NCBI GenBank assembly: GCA_965224085.1
Contig: CBDCYI010000004.1
Coordinates: forward strand, 781,170-845,169
Direction of reading: 5' to 3'
DNA length: 64,000 bases
From: Candidatus Marinacidobacterales bacterium
GTDB taxonomy: Bacteria; Acidobacteriota; Vicinamibacteria; Marinacidobacterales; SMYC01
The translations under genes were made by a program, and so were the position numbers. The first letter of the stretch is position 1. Every line of letters starts with the position of its first letter. Shown in pieces: positions 1 through 10,364 of the stretch. The notes beneath the pieces were generated by a model that saw only the letters and a list, made by a program, of their open reading frames with translations, ran no database searches and was not told the DNA's origin.

Positions 1-2
1 AT

Positions 3-494
3 TTGCCGTCCGGACTGATCGGCGCGGCAGGAGTCGTTGTTTACGCGGCGTTGATGTCCACCGCGGATACCAATCTGTATACCGCGGCTTCTGTCTTGGT
101 CCAGGACTTACTCGGATTGACTCGCCGAGGCCAATCGCCCAAAACAGTGGTTCGGTGCATACGCGCAGCGACGGTACTGATCGGTTCCGTCGCGTTCGTC
201 GTTGCGCTGCTGATCCCCGAACTCGTGCGGTTGGGTTTTCTTTACCTTGCGATGTACACCAGCGTCGGGGTCGTCGTATTGCTCAGCATTTTCGACCCTA
301 GGCTAAGCCCGCCCGCGTTGGCCTGTGGTCTAGCGGCGGGCGCCTCTGCGGTTCTCGGTGGGTTTCTGATGGTCAGCAGCGCGTGGCTGATTTGGTTGGG
401 CGCGGGGGCAAGCATTGGTGTCACACTACTCGTCGAAACCCTCGGCGGTCGACGGCAAACTGTACGGCCGGCGCGGCGCGAGACGACCCCATGA
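3..494 (+). CDS. Sodium:solute symporter (SSF) family protein, C-terminal fragment (5' partial at window edge)
   Basis: ORF with several hydrophobic helices and an SSF-like C-terminal region (STADTNLY...); it runs to the window start. Confidence 0.5.
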   Translation: MPSGLIGAAGVVVYAALMSTADTNLYTAASVLVQDLLGLTRRGQSPKTVVRCIRAATVLIGSVAFVVALLIPELVRLGFLYLAMYTSVGVVVLLSIFDPRLSPPALACGLAAGASAVLGGFLMVSSAWLIWLGAGASIGVTLLVETLGGRRQTVRPARRETTP

Positions 495-670
495 GTCCTC
501 CGGATTGCGGTGACCGTCAGCCGGCACGGCAACGAGAGTGGCACATGCGTCGTTTCGAAGCTCATGCAAACGCGAGCCGGGCGTCCCACGGCAAGGGGAC
601 GCAACGTGGAATCTGCGCCCCCGGGCGGTTCGTTCGCATCGAACAGCCCACAGGTCCTGCTGGCGACCAG

Positions 671-963
671 ACCGTTCTCATGACTGTTGGGGACGGGTTC
701 AGCCACGACGGTCCGACTGCCGTGTATTCTCAGACGGGAAAGACGAAAATCTTGATCGAGCGCGGGCGGGACGCCCGCTATCTGCCAACCGGGCACCTCG
801 TCGGTCGTCCGAAACGGAACGCTCATGGCCGCTCCGTTCGATCTCGAAGCACTCGAGCTCTCGGGCAGCTCCCGTCCCGATGGCGGAGGGCGTCACGACC
901 GCCCGGGAATCCGCCGCCGCGGCGTAGTTCAGCGTTTCGGAAACGGGCACGTCGGTCTATTAG
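671..963 (+). pseudogene. Degraded remnant of a TolB-like beta-propeller C-terminal domain, of the kind fused to Ser/Thr protein kinases
   Basis: Family-typical peptides lie in three different frames: ...ARYLPTGHLV / LMAAPFDLEALELSGS / PVPMAEGVTT...AAAA / FSVSETGTSVY. An in-frame TAG sits where CAG (Q) is expected, between AAAA and FSVSETGTSVY. Confidence 0.4.
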
Positions 964-1789
964 ACCGGTACCGCTCGGGCAAAGCGGACCCTCCCGTGGG
1001 TTAGTTTCGTCGACTTGACCGGAATCTACCGAGAACGCCCAGAGCCTCTCTACGTTGACGATGGTTGTCATATGAATCTCGCTGGCCAAACGATCATAAT
1101 CCGCTCGAAGCGATTGACCAATCGGCAGAAAACTGATAGCGACTCTCGCACTACCTCGAGCGGAGCCCCCTTCGGCCCGCATCTGGCCGACCAGTCGACT
1201 TGATCGCGAGAACGTTCTTTGCGGCATCCCCTAAATCGTCATATCCTTCATTTCAGGAATCCTCCTGGATGCTTTCGTTTAACTGATTCTGGCGAGATCC
1301 GCCGGCTCGTCCTCTCGGCAGTGGGAAGTGTCGCATGAGGTCGCGCAAGAGGGAGAGGGGCCGAGATTTTCATGAATTACTGATACAGGGCATTAGTGCT
1401 CGAACCCGCTAATCCTCGGTAGAGTCCGAGGTCATTCTTGGTGCTGGCAAGGCCGCTCCGACGACTTCATATCTAGACTAGATATTTCGAGGAGGAGCAA
1501 CGCAGCCAGCGCCGAAAAAGGACCCGGAATTTACCGGCAGGATTAGCAGGTTCGGGCACTGGGCTCGTGCACGTGGAGAGAATGAGATTTCTCGAGCTGG
1601 AATTTGCTTTGTCCCAGAGCTTTGGTCTCGGTGGAGGGAGCGCTTCCTTTCGCGTCCGGGGTGCTACGCACGCCGTGGCCACGGCGACATCGTTCTCCGT
1701 GCTCCTGATTCTAAGCTGGATCCTGGGTACGGACGACGCGATGATATCGACGAAGACATGGCCTCGGTGACGGACGCGTAAGGAGGAAT

Positions 1790-2626
1790 TTGACCTTGAT
1801 CGAAATGCGCGAGCTCATCGAAAATCTCGCCGTCGATTACGGCGCTCGCATTCTGGGCGTCATCGTCCTGCTCATCGCTGCCTGGATCGTTTCCGCTTTT
1901 GCCGGACGCGTCGTCGTTCGCGTTCTCGAGAAGGCGCGGTTCGGCCTCACCCTCACCAAGTTCTTCGGGAGCGCCGCCCGTTGGTTCACCTTGATTCTCG
2001 CTGGCATCGCCGCTCTCGGCGTCCTCGGGGTCGAGACGACGAGCTTCGCGGCCGTCATCGCCGCCGGGGGCCTCGCTGTGGCCCTGGCCTTTCAGGGCAC
2101 GCTCAGCAACTTCGCCTCTGGCGTCATGCTGCTGGTGTTTCGGCCCTTCAAGGTCGGCGACGTGGTTGAAGTCGCGGGAGTGACGGGACAGACGGACGAG
2201 ATCGGCCTCTTCCAGACGACCGTCGATACCTTCGACAACCGGCGGGTCGTGCTTCCAAACAGCTCGATCTTCGGCTCCACCATCGAGAACATGAGCCACC
2301 ACGAGACACGCCGGGCCGAGGTTCCCGTCGGTGTCGATTACGGCGCCGACATCGACCGGACGCGCGAAGTTCTCGAGGAGGCGGCGAGAAGCGTTCCCGG
2401 CTGCCTCTCCGATCCCGGGCCCCAAGTTGTCCTCACCGGACTGGGTGCTTCGTCCGTAGACTGGGAGGTGCGCATCTGGGCGTCCGCGGACGACCTGTTC
2501 TCGGTCAAGCAAGCGACCGTCCGTGCCGTCAAAATAGCGCTCGACGAGACCGGTATTCCGATCCCCTTTCCTCAGCTCGACGTCCACCTCGACGCCGAGC
2601 GCAAAGGAGAGACCATCGTTCGATGA
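1790..2626 (+). CDS. mscS: Small-conductance mechanosensitive channel (MscS family)
   Basis: N-terminal transmembrane helices followed by the conserved MscS beta domain (FRPFKVGDVVEV...GLFQTTVDTFDNRRVVLPNS). Confidence 0.85.
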   Translation: MTLIEMRELIENLAVDYGARILGVIVLLIAAWIVSAFAGRVVVRVLEKARFGLTLTKFFGSAARWFTLILAGIAALGVLGVETTSFAAVIAAGGLAVALAFQGTLSNFASGVMLLVFRPFKVGDVVEVAGVTGQTDEIGLFQTTVDTFDNRRVVLPNSSIFGSTIENMSHHETRRAEVPVGVDYGADIDRTREVLEEAARSVPGCLSDPGPQVVLTGLGASSVDWEVRIWASADDLFSVKQATVRAVKIALDETGIPIPFPQLDVHLDAERKGETIVR

Positions 2627-2654
2627 CGCGATGGGCTTCGATCGCGGCGGGATT

Positions 2655-2834
2655 TTAGCCGGACGATTTTCGCACCACCAACGCAGTATTCTCATCGCGC
2701 CAGGAGATGTGGTCGATGTCCAGGAAATGGCGCCGGAGGTTCCGCTGGAACTGCCTCATCGCCCAATCGAACTCGGCGGCCTCGTAGAGCGCGAAGGTCG
2801 AGTAGTGACGGTTTCTCGCCTGCTCCTCTAGCAC
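2655..2834 (-). CDS. Small hypothetical protein (59 aa, GTG start), absent from the ORF track
   Basis: Manual translation gives VLEEQARNRHYSTFALYEAAEFDWAMRQFQRNLRRHFLDIDHISWRDENTALVVRKSSG*. The composition is balanced rather than the Arg-rich pattern of spurious GC-rich ORFs, and it is convergent with mscS. Confidence 0.25.
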   Translation of the reverse strand: MLEEQARNRHYSTFALYEAAEFDWAMRQFQRNLRRHFLDIDHISWRDENTALVVRKSSG

Positions 2835-3157
2835 CTAGCGGACGAGCGCCTGGATTTGCTGTGATGCCGCGCCTACCTTGCTCGTTACCGCACACAACGC
2901 CGGACGACCTGGCTCACGATGATCGAAACGGCGATCCGCAAACCGCGAATGCAGGCTCTGCCCATAACGCGGGGGTCGAACGTGATTCGACCAAACGTGG
3001 TTTCACCGGCCATCTTCGGACTCCCGCGCATGCATTCGACCTGAAACGGTCTCCGCGCGTCCCTTTGCTCAACGACTTCGTGGCTAGCTTGTGCCGGAGG
3101 TTGGAAGTCAGGGCGGGAAAATGAGTCAAATCATTGGAGAGGTGCTCCTTTGTTTTA

Positions 3158-3233
3158 TGGTGCCGGGGGCCAGAATTGAACTGGCGACGCAAGGATTTTC
3201 AGTCCTTCGCTCTACCGACTGAGCTACCCCGGC
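3158..3233 (-). tRNA. tRNA-Phe (anticodon GAA)
   Basis: Reverse complement folds as a cloverleaf: GCCGGGG acceptor stem, GCTC/GAGC D-stem, AAGGA-CTGAAAA-TCCTT anticodon arm with GAA at positions 34-36, GCCAG-TTCAATT-CTGGC T-arm, and a 3' CCA. Confidence 0.9.
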
Positions 3234-3291
3234 AAAAGAGCCCCCCATTCTAGCGGCGGGCGGAGAAAAGTCAAGATGCGGAAAAAGTGCG

Positions 3292-3324
3292 GCCGGAGCC
3301 TCGCGGGGGGGTGCGGGCTCCGGC
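3292..3324 (-). terminator. Putative intrinsic terminator downstream of recA
   Basis: Perfect 9-bp stem GCCGGAGCC/GGCTCCGGC with a 15-nt loop; on the minus-strand transcript it is followed by CGCACTTTTT (T5 run). It sits about 17 bp after the recA stop. Confidence 0.45.
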
Positions 3325-3340
3325 CTTCGCCCCGAGGGGC

Positions 3341-4450
3341 TTAAGCTCGTGGGCGTCCCGCGACTTTGACCTCGCGGGGGCCGCTTCGCGCTTTCGACGC
3401 CTTCGGGGCAGCGGCCTCCTCTTCATTTGCGGCGGGTTGGGCTGCGCCGTCCGAGGTTAGGCCGAGTTCCTTACGTAATTGGCTCTCCATTTTCTGGGCC
3501 ACGTCTTGCTTGTCCATGAGGAAGCGCCGAGCGTTCTCGCGGCCCTGACCGATACGCTCTTCTCCGTAGGAATACCACGCGCCGCTCTTTTCAATGATGT
3601 TGTACGACACGGCGAGGTCGAGGAGATCGCCCTCTTTCGAGATCCCTTTACCATAAAGAATGTCGAACTCTGCTTGGCGGAAGGGCGCGGCGACTTTGTT
3701 CTTGACGACTTTGACTCGTGTGCGGTTGCCCACGACCTGGTCGCCGTCTTTGATGGACGCGGTCCGCCGGATGTCGACACGGACTGAAGAATAAAATTTC
3801 AGCGCCCGGCCGCCTGTCGTCGTCTCGGGATTCCCGAACATCACGCCGATCTTTTCGCGGATCTGGTTGATGAAAATGAGACAGGTGTTCGATTTCGACG
3901 TGATGGCTGTGAGCTTTCTCATCGCTTGCGACATCAAGCGCGCTTGAAGACCCATCTGCGCATCACCCATTTCGCCGTCGAGCTCGGCGCGTGGCACGAG
4001 CGCCGCGACCGAGTCCACCACGATGACGTCGACCGCGCCGCTCCGGATGAGCACTTCGGTGATCTCGAGTGCCTGCTCACCGCTATCGGGCTGCGAGACG
4101 AGCAGCTCGTCCGTGTCGACACCGAGCGCTTTCGCGTAGACCGCGTCGAGCGCATGCTCGGCATCCACGAAGGCAGCCATGCCGCCCGTTTTTTGCGCTT
4201 CGGCAATGATGTGAATCGCGAGCGTGGTCTTACCTGAAGATTCAGGTCCGTAGATCTCGACGACGCGCCCTCTGGGCATCCCGCCCACACCGAGCGCGGC
4301 ATCGATCGATATCGAGCCGGTAGAGATGGACGTTACATCCGCTGTATCGCGCGAGCCGAGCTTTATGATCGATCCTTTGCCGAACTGCTTTTCGATCTGG
4401 CCCAACGCCATGTCGATCGCTTTGGACCGTCCGTCTTTGTCTTCCGCCAT
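3341..4450 (-). CDS. recA: Recombinase RecA
   Basis: Full-length RecA similarity ([20 protein letters not shown], Walker [23 protein letters not shown]). True start is the ATG at 4448-4450 ([27 protein letters not shown]) with SD GGAGAA upstream; the longer ORF to 4579 is an N-terminal over-extension. Confidence 0.97.
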   Translation of the reverse strand: MAEDKDGRSKAIDMALGQIEKQFGKGSIIKLGSRDTADVTSISTGSISIDAALGVGGMPRGRVVEIYGPESSGKTTLAIHIIAEAQKTGGMAAFVDAEHALDAVYAKALGVDTDELLVSQPDSGEQALEITEVLIRSGAVDVIVVDSVAALVPRAELDGEMGDAQMGLQARLMSQAMRKLTAITSKSNTCLIFINQIREKIGVMFGNPETTTGGRALKFYSSVRVDIRRTASIKDGDQVVGNRTRVKVVKNKVAAPFRQAEFDILYGKGISKEGDLLDLAVSYNIIEKSGAWYSYGEERIGQGRENARRFLMDKQDVAQKMESQLRKELGLTSDGAAQPAANEEEAAAPKASKARSGPREVKVAGRPRA

Positions 4451-4625
4451 GGTTCTCCTTTCCGGGAGGCTACCCCGTGTAGCCTTCGGATCGTGTTCTG
4501 GTTCGACTTCGGGGAAGTCGTAGGACTCCCCACCACCGGAGACGACCCATGCAACGGCCGCGCTCTGGCTCTTCTCCATCTAGACGAAATCGAGACGTTG
4601 TAACCTCCCGGTCGGCGGGAGCCTA

Positions 4626-4671
4626 CCACATATAGAGTGCTCAAGCCAATCACCCACCGGATATAGATGTG
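4626..4671. promoter_or_regulatory. AT-rich repeat pair (CACATATAGAG ... GGATATAGATG) in the recA/ydjM divergent intergenic region; candidate promoter or operator
   Basis: Two ATATAGA-containing 11-mers 33 nt apart inside an otherwise GC-rich intergenic region between divergent recA and a YdjM-like gene. Confidence 0.25.
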
Positions 4672-4688
4672 TTACGCTCTCGTTTCCG

Positions 4689-5207
4689 ATGCCAACACCT
4701 GTCGCTCACGCTCTCGCCGGCGCTGCTGTTCATCTCGCTGCGCGTCAAGATCAAGACCGCCGGGAAAACTTCTTGCGGTTCGGAGTCACCGTCTTCGCTG
4801 CTTGTGCCGCCGATCTCGATTTCGGGATCAGCTTTCTCTCCGGTCACAACTATCACCATTATTTCACCCATAGCCTCGGGTTCGCCACTTTTTTTTGCTT
4901 GGCGGCGTATTTTTTCGCCCGTTGGGCCAAACGGTCTCTTCCCGAGCGGGACGCGTGGATACTCGGCGTGGCCTACGTCACGCACATCGTCTTGGACATG
5001 TTCTCCAAAGACACGGCCGCACCTTTCGGGGTGGCGCTTCTATGGCCGTTCTCGGATACGTTCACCATCTCGCCCGTGCCGCTCTTCGACGATATCTGGA
5101 GAGGGTCGCTCAAAAAGCTCCTCGGACTCCACAATTGGCTCGCGGTGGCGCGTGAAATCGCGATCGTGGGGCCGGTCGTCGCGCTCGTGTGGTGGCGGCG
5201 CCGTTAG
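4689..5207 (+). CDS. ydjM: YdjM-like membrane-bound metal-dependent hydrolase (DUF457)
   Basis: Conserved YdjM motifs YFTHSL, HIVLDMFSKDTAAPFGVALLWP. The E. coli homolog is a LexA-regulated inner-membrane protein; here it is divergent from recA. Confidence 0.7.
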   Translation: MPTPVAHALAGAAVHLAARQDQDRRENFLRFGVTVFAACAADLDFGISFLSGHNYHHYFTHSLGFATFFCLAAYFFARWAKRSLPERDAWILGVAYVTHIVLDMFSKDTAAPFGVALLWPFSDTFTISPVPLFDDIWRGSLKKLLGLHNWLAVAREIAIVGPVVALVWWRRR

Positions 5208-5213
5208 GACGAG

Positions 5214-6065
5214 TCAGTCCGAGTACTCGTAGAATCCCTTCCCGCTCTTCCGGCCCAGATAACCGGCATCCACCATCTTCTTCAGTAGCGGGCACGGCCG
5301 GTACTTGGGATCGCCAATGCCGTCGTGCAGCACTTCCATGACGCTCAAACAAACATCGAGGCCGACGAAGTCCGCGAGCGTGAGCGGCCCCATCGGGTGG
5401 TTCATGCCGAGCTTCATGACCGTATCGATCGCCTCGGGACTGGCGACGCCTTCCATATAAGCGAAGATCGCTTCGTTGATGAGCGGCATCAAGACACGGT
5501 TCGAGACGAAGCCAGGGGCGTCGTTGACCTCAACGGGTATCTTGCCGAGCTTTTTCGAAAGCTCTTCCGTCACTCGATAGGTCTCGTCCGACGTCGCCAA
5601 CCCGCGAATGATCTCGACGAGCTTCATCACCGGCACGGGGTTCATGAAATGCATCCCGATGAAGCGGTCGGGGCGCGACATCATCGCCCCCAGCTTCGTG
5701 ATCGAGATCGACGACGTGTTGCTCGCGAGAATCGCCTCGGGAGCCGTGATGCGATCGAGCTCTTCGAAGATGGCCCGCTTCGCGTCGCTATTCTCGATGA
5801 TGGCTTCCACGACGAACGGGGCGTCCTTGGCGGGCTCGAGCTCCGTTCCCGAGCGCACTCGAGCAAAAGCCGCTTTCGCGTCGTCGTCCGTGAGTTTTTC
5901 CTTTTTCACCAAACGCGCGAGACTTTTTTCGATGGCGCCGCGGCCACGGTCGACAAACGCGTCTTCGACGTCGCGTAGATAAACTTCGAATCCCGATTGC
6001 GCGAAGACTTGAGCGATGCCACTTCCCATCGTGCCCGCACCCATGACGGCGATTTTTTCGATCAT
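5214..6065 (-). CDS. hbd: 3-hydroxybutyryl-CoA / 3-hydroxyacyl-CoA dehydrogenase
   Basis: Rossmann motif [16 protein letters not shown] and a 3HCDH C-terminal domain. True start is the ATG at 6063-6065 (MIEKIAV); the ORF in the track is over-extended at its N-terminus. Confidence 0.9.
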   Translation of the reverse strand: MIEKIAVMGAGTMGSGIAQVFAQSGFEVYLRDVEDAFVDRGRGAIEKSLARLVKKEKLTDDDAKAAFARVRSGTELEPAKDAPFVVEAIIENSDAKRAIFEELDRITAPEAILASNTSSISITKLGAMMSRPDRFIGMHFMNPVPVMKLVEIIRGLATSDETYRVTEELSKKLGKIPVEVNDAPGFVSNRVLMPLINEAIFAYMEGVASPEAIDTVMKLGMNHPMGPLTLADFVGLDVCLSVMEVLHDGIGDPKYRPCPLLKKMVDAGYLGRKSGKGFYEYSD

Positions 6066-6079
6066 TTTCTTCGACGGCC

Positions 6080-7273
6080 TCACGAAACCAGCTCGATCGC
6101 GAGAGCGACGCCGTTGCCGCCCCCGAGACAGAGCGTCGCCACACCGCGGCGGCCGCTGCGATCTTTCAACGCATGTACCAGCGTCGTGAGAACACGCGCG
6201 CCGCTCGCGCCAATCGGATGGCCGAGGGCGACCGCGCCCCCATGAATATTCGTCTTCGCCGCATCGAGGTTGAGCTCTTTCGTGACGGCGCACGCTTGCA
6301 CCGAGAAGGCTTCGTTGAGCTCGATGAGATCAACGTCATCGTTGCTCCAGCCTGTCTTCTCGAGCAGCTTTTGTACCGCCGGAACGGGTGTCATCATCAC
6401 CCACTCTGGCTCGAGACCCGAAATCGCTTGGGCGACGATGCGCGCGATCGGCTTCAGACCCCGCTTTTCCACCGCCGCCGCCGAGGCGACAACGAGCGCC
6501 GCAGCGCCATCGTTCATTCCCGGCGCGTTTCCGGCTGTCACCGTGCCGGCCTTCTTGAACACGGGTTTCAGCTGCGAGAGCCCCTCCACCGTCGTATCGG
6601 CGCGGATGGGCTCATCCGTATCCATGACAACTGGGTCGCCCTTTCGTTGCGGGACGTCTATCGGCAGAATCTCGTCCCGAAATTTCCCGGCCGCGGTCGC
6701 CTCCGCCGCGCGCCGATGGCTCTCGGCCGCGTAAGCGTCCATTTGCTCGCGCGAGACATCATATTTCTCGGCGACCATCTCGCCGGTGATGCCCATGTGA
6801 AAATCGTTGTAGATATCCCAGAGCCCATCGTGAACGACGGCGTCGACAAGCTCGCCGTGGCCAAGCCTCAAGCCTTCACGCATCCGCGGGATGAGGTAAG
6901 GGGCGTTCGACATCGACTCCATGCCACCAGCGACAACCACGTCTGCGTCGCCCGCGGCAATCGCCTGGCGTGCGAGCATGACGGCTTTTAATCCGGAACC
7001 GCAAACTTTGTTGATCGAAAGCGCCGCCACCGCTTTTGGCAATCCCGCACCGAGCGCTGCCTGGCGCGCAGGGTTTTGTCCCAGCCCGGCCGAGACGACG
7101 TTGCCCATGATGACCTCGTCGATATTGTTGGGCTCTGCTGGCTTCAGTCCCGCGCGGCTCACGGCTTCACGAATCACGAGCGCGCCGAGCTCGGTAGCCT
7201 TGAACGGCTTCAAAGCTCCCAGAAACTTGCCCGTCGGCGTCCTTACGGCGCTGACGATGAATATGTCGTCCAT
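6080..7273 (-). CDS. Acetyl-CoA acetyltransferase (thiolase II)
   Basis: Thiolase signatures: [11 protein letters not shown] (active Cys), [12 protein letters not shown], and C-terminal [13 protein letters not shown]. Confidence 0.92.
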   Translation of the reverse strand: MDDIFIVSAVRTPTGKFLGALKPFKATELGALVIREAVSRAGLKPAEPNNIDEVIMGNVVSAGLGQNPARQAALGAGLPKAVAALSINKVCGSGLKAVMLARQAIAAGDADVVVAGGMESMSNAPYLIPRMREGLRLGHGELVDAVVHDGLWDIYNDFHMGITGEMVAEKYDVSREQMDAYAAESHRRAAEATAAGKFRDEILPIDVPQRKGDPVVMDTDEPIRADTTVEGLSQLKPVFKKAGTVTAGNAPGMNDGAAALVVASAAAVEKRGLKPIARIVAQAISGLEPEWVMMTPVPAVQKLLEKTGWSNDDVDLIELNEAFSVQACAVTKELNLDAAKTNIHGGAVALGHPIGASGARVLTTLVHALKDRSGRRGVATLCLGGGNGVALAIELVS

Positions 7274-7277
7274 CGAA

Positions 7278-7748
7278 TTAGGTTCTCCTACGCTGCCCCT
7301 TCGCTTTCAAATACCGCGCCGCGCTTTGCAACACGAGCTCGCGCAGGTTGGGGTCTTCGATCCCAGATGCCAAAGCACAGAGCTCTGCGGGCGGCACGAG
7401 ATGCGCGCGCTCACCTACGTCCTCCACCACAGTCTCAGGCAGACCGTGCAAACGACTTCTTTTGGTAAAGTTGATCCGCCGCACCAAAGTCATCCCCAGC
7501 GCGCGGTTGAGCTTCGGCATGATGCGATTTTGCAAGCGATAGATCATTTTGCCCCAAACGACGTCGGTGACGCGCACTGTCAAGACGCCTTGGCTCAGTG
7601 CTTCCGGCTCGGAGCGCCGCGCGAACTCAAGGCCGACGACATCCACCCATCGTCGAGCTACGAACTCTACCGAATAAACGCGCTCTTTCGCTACTTTCGG
7701 CAACGCGTGGCTAAGAACATCCTTGAGCGAAGCATGTTCTCGGCGCAC
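7278..7748 (-). CDS. DUF721 (DciA-like) domain protein
   Basis: DUF721-like core [32 protein letters not shown]; it is the first gene of a minus-strand operon with the thiolase and hbd. Confidence 0.55.
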   Translation of the reverse strand: MRREHASLKDVLSHALPKVAKERVYSVEFVARRWVDVVGLEFARRSEPEALSQGVLTVRVTDVVWGKMIYRLQNRIMPKLNRALGMTLVRRINFTKRSRLHGLPETVVEDVGERAHLVPPAELCALASGIEDPNLRELVLQSAARYLKAKGQRRRT

Positions 7749-7768
7749 GTTGTTATTATGTCACGAGC

Positions 7769-9157
7769 ATGATCGCCGCGATGATCCTCGCCGCTGGTGA
7801 ATCGCGGCGTATGGGCTCACCGAAAGCCCTGCTTCCTTTCCCCGAGCCCGCTGGCACGGAAAACACGTTTCTTGGCCACTTGCTCCAGGTTTTTGGCGCG
7901 ACGCGTGCGAAGCCCATCATCGTGGTGGTTGGCCACCACGCGGAGAAGCTTCGTCGTGAATTCGACTTCAGCAACGCTCGCGTCGTCGTGAACGAAAGCT
8001 ATCGCGACGGCATGCTGTCTTCCATTCTTGCCGGGCTCGAAGCCTTGTCGGGCGAGCCCGTCGACGGTGCGCTCATCTGTCCCGTCGACCATCCCGATGT
8101 CAGCCCTGCGGTCGTCGGCACGCTCATCGCTCGCTTCGAGCGTGAGCGGCCTCCCATCGTCCTCCCAACGTTCCAGGGACGCCGCGGACACCCCGTGTTG
8201 TTCTCGAGCGCCGTTTTCTCGGAGCTTCACGCCGCCCCCAAGGGGGTTGGCGCGCGCCGAGTCGTGTGGGATCATCAAGAGGATCTCGTAGAAGTGGAAG
8301 TTTCGCACGGGGGCGTGACGATCGATGTCGACACGCCGGGGGACTACCGTGCTTTCCGAAAGATATCGGTGGTGGACACACTCTCGCAATTGACATTGAG
8401 CCTTTCGAAAGAGCTCGAGCGGCTCGAAGTGCGTGGCGCGCGCTCGCTCGCCGCCGCGGATCGCGAGCGTGATCGCGCGCTTCTCGAAAGTCCCGCCAAG
8501 AGCGTTTTGACTCGCTACCACCGAGGTCTCGAAAAGGCGAAGGTCGCCCATTTGCGCGCCATCGACGACGCGGAAGCCGTGCGGGGGCAGGAGATCGTGG
8601 CCGCCGAAGAAAAGCGGCGGCGTGACGCGCTTCGCGAGGAGCGGAAGTTTCGCGACGCGCGGCGAAAAGCGGACATCAAGAAGCGCGAGGCGACGCAAAA
8701 AGCGCGCAAGACGTGGCGCGAAGCTGTCAAGAACGCACGTAAGAGCCGTCTCGCACAACGTCGCCAGATGCGAAAAGCCGCCGACGAGGCGCTCGAAAAA
8801 GCGCTCGACGAGGTGCGCGAGAATTACAACGAGTCCATCGAGGACGCTCGCCTCGCCCACCGCGCGGCGCTCCAAGACGACCTCGTCGACGAACGGCTCG
8901 CCGTCGAAAAGGCCCGCCGGAAATCCGAGCGGCTCATCACCGGCGCCGCCATCGCCCATGAGCGCGCGGTGGCGCAAGAAGAAGCCCGGCTGCGAAGCGA
9001 GCTCGTCCGCCACCCCGAAGCGCGGCTCACGCAGGAAGAGCACGATCGACGTGTCCACGAGCTGCGTCAAGCATCCGACGCGGAGAAGGAATCGCTCTTC
9101 CGCGCGTTCACGCGCGAGCGCCGCCAGCAGAGAACGACACGCCGCCGAAAAAAATAG
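7769..9157 (+). CDS. MocA/MobA-like nucleotidyltransferase fused to a long Glu/Arg/Lys-rich predicted single alpha-helix/coiled-coil C-terminal region
   Basis: N-terminal 200 aa reads ILAAGESRRMGSPKALLPF...ICPVDHPDV (MobA-like NTP_transf_3). The C-terminal 260 aa is ER/K-rich low complexity (RRKADIKKREATQKARKTWREAVKNARK...). The 417-aa antisense ORF was judged spurious. Confidence 0.6.
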   Translation: MIAAMILAAGESRRMGSPKALLPFPEPAGTENTFLGHLLQVFGATRAKPIIVVVGHHAEKLRREFDFSNARVVVNESYRDGMLSSILAGLEALSGEPVDGALICPVDHPDVSPAVVGTLIARFERERPPIVLPTFQGRRGHPVLFSSAVFSELHAAPKGVGARRVVWDHQEDLVEVEVSHGGVTIDVDTPGDYRAFRKISVVDTLSQLTLSLSKELERLEVRGARSLAAADRERDRALLESPAKSVLTRYHRGLEKAKVAHLRAIDDAEAVRGQEIVAAEEKRRRDALREERKFRDARRKADIKKREATQKARKTWREAVKNARKSRLAQRRQMRKAADEALEKALDEVRENYNESIEDARLAHRAALQDDLVDERLAVEKARRKSERLITGAAIAHERAVAQEEARLRSELVRHPEARLTQEEHDRRVHELRQASDAEKESLFRAFTRERRQQRTTRRRKK

Positions 9158-9192
9158 ATCACCGTGCGCGAGCGCGATAGGATTGCGCGCTC

Positions 9193-9777
9193 ATGAAACC
9201 TACGCCCGTGATCCTCGCCTCGTCGTCGCCACGCCGCGCTTCTTTGTTGAAAGCGCTCGGTATCCCGTTCCGACGTGTCGCGCCCGATGTGAACGAGACG
9301 CGCCGGCCCGGTGAATCCGTGCGCCGCTACGTACAGCGGCTCGCTATCGAGAAAGCGCTCGCCGTAGCGAAAACACGCCCCCACTCTTGGGTCATCGCCG
9401 GCGACACGACCGTCGTCCTCGACGAATCGCTGCTCGGGAAACCGCGCAACGAGCGCGAAGCCCGAAAGATGCTCCGTCAACTCTCCGGCCGCAGTCATCG
9501 TGTTCTGAGCGGTATCGCGCTCGTTCGCGGCGATCGCGATTCGATCCAAAGCGCGATCTCGTCGACGCGGGTCACGTTTCGCCCGTTATCGGACGACGTG
9601 ATCCGCTGGTATGTGCGCACCGGCGAGCCTCTCGACAAAGCGGGTGCCTACGGCGTGCAAGAAAAAGGCGGGATGCTCATAGCGAGCATCGACGGCTCTT
9701 ACTCGAACGTCGTCGGCTTTCCGCTCGAGAAGTTCTACGACCTCTGGGAAGCGGCAGGCTTGCCGCTTCCCGCCTGA
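9193..9777 (+). CDS. maf: Maf-like nucleoside triphosphate pyrophosphatase (septum formation protein Maf)
   Basis: Maf motifs ILASSSPRR, GDTTVVLD, AGAYGVQEKG. Confidence 0.85.
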   Translation: MKPTPVILASSSPRRASLLKALGIPFRRVAPDVNETRRPGESVRRYVQRLAIEKALAVAKTRPHSWVIAGDTTVVLDESLLGKPRNEREARKMLRQLSGRSHRVLSGIALVRGDRDSIQSAISSTRVTFRPLSDDVIRWYVRTGEPLDKAGAYGVQEKGGMLIASIDGSYSNVVGFPLEKFYDLWEAAGLPLPA

Positions 9778-10364
9778 GGCACCCAGTTCAATAACTCTAG
9801 CCGCGGCCCGCGCCGGCTGAAACGGATCCAGCTTATCGAGCCGTTGTCACAGGCGAGGCGTCGAAAGCTAGCGAGCTCCAGTTCTAAATAGTGCGCGATG
9901 AGCACGCGCAGCGGATCGCCATGCGAGACGATCATGAGCGTTTGCTCTGTTCTCGTTTCGAAAAGACGTTCGGCCGCTGCGGCGCTTCGGTTTTGTACCT
10001 CAGCGATGGGCTCGATGAGCTCAGAGCGGTGGGTCGGGTCCTCGATCACGCGTTCGAGCTCGCTATCCCCCCGGAGCTCTACGACGGTCTTGCCTTTCCA
10101 TGCATCCGAAAGCCACACTTCGTCGAAGCCGGGCTCAACGAGGACAGAAAGCCCGCGTGGCGCCGCGATAGGCTCGGCGGTCTGCCTAGCTCTCGGTTGC
10201 GGGCTCGAATAAACGGCGTCGATCGAGACGTGTGCCAACGCTTCCGCAACGCACTCTGCTTGCACACGTCCACGCGCGTTGATGTCGAGATCGACGCGCC
10301 CCATGAGACGGCCGTCCTCGTTCCAATCCGTGACACCGTAGCGGACAAGAACGAGGCTCTTCAT
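9735..10364 (-). CDS. Histidine phosphatase family protein (phosphoglycerate mutase-like)
   Basis: RYGVTDWNEDGRLMGR (RHG-like catalytic motif) and SHGDPLRVL; its 3' end overlaps the maf 3' end by 43 bp (convergent). Confidence 0.7.
   Translation of the reverse strand: MKSLVLVRYGVTDWNEDGRLMGRVDLDINARGRVQAECVAEALAHVSIDAVYSSPQPRARQTAEPIAAPRGLSVLVEPGFDEVWLSDAWKGKTVVELRGDSELERVIEDPTHRSELIEPIAEVQNRSAAAAERLFETRTEQTLMIVSHGDPLRVLIAHYLELELASFRRLACDNGSISWIRFSRRGPRLELLNWVPQAGSGKPAASQRS

Noticed and set aside
3341-4579. Long recA ORF with a 43-aa N-terminal extension
   Set aside because: Conserved RecA sequence starts at MAEDKDG (ATG at 4450) with an SD. The extension is unconserved and would overlap the divergent promoter region.
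7817-9070. 417-aa minus-strand ORF antisense to the MobA-like gene
   Set aside because: It is Arg/Ala/Gly-rich with no domain, which is typical of spurious antisense ORFs in 66% GC DNA. The plus-strand frame carries a recognisable nucleotidyltransferase domain.
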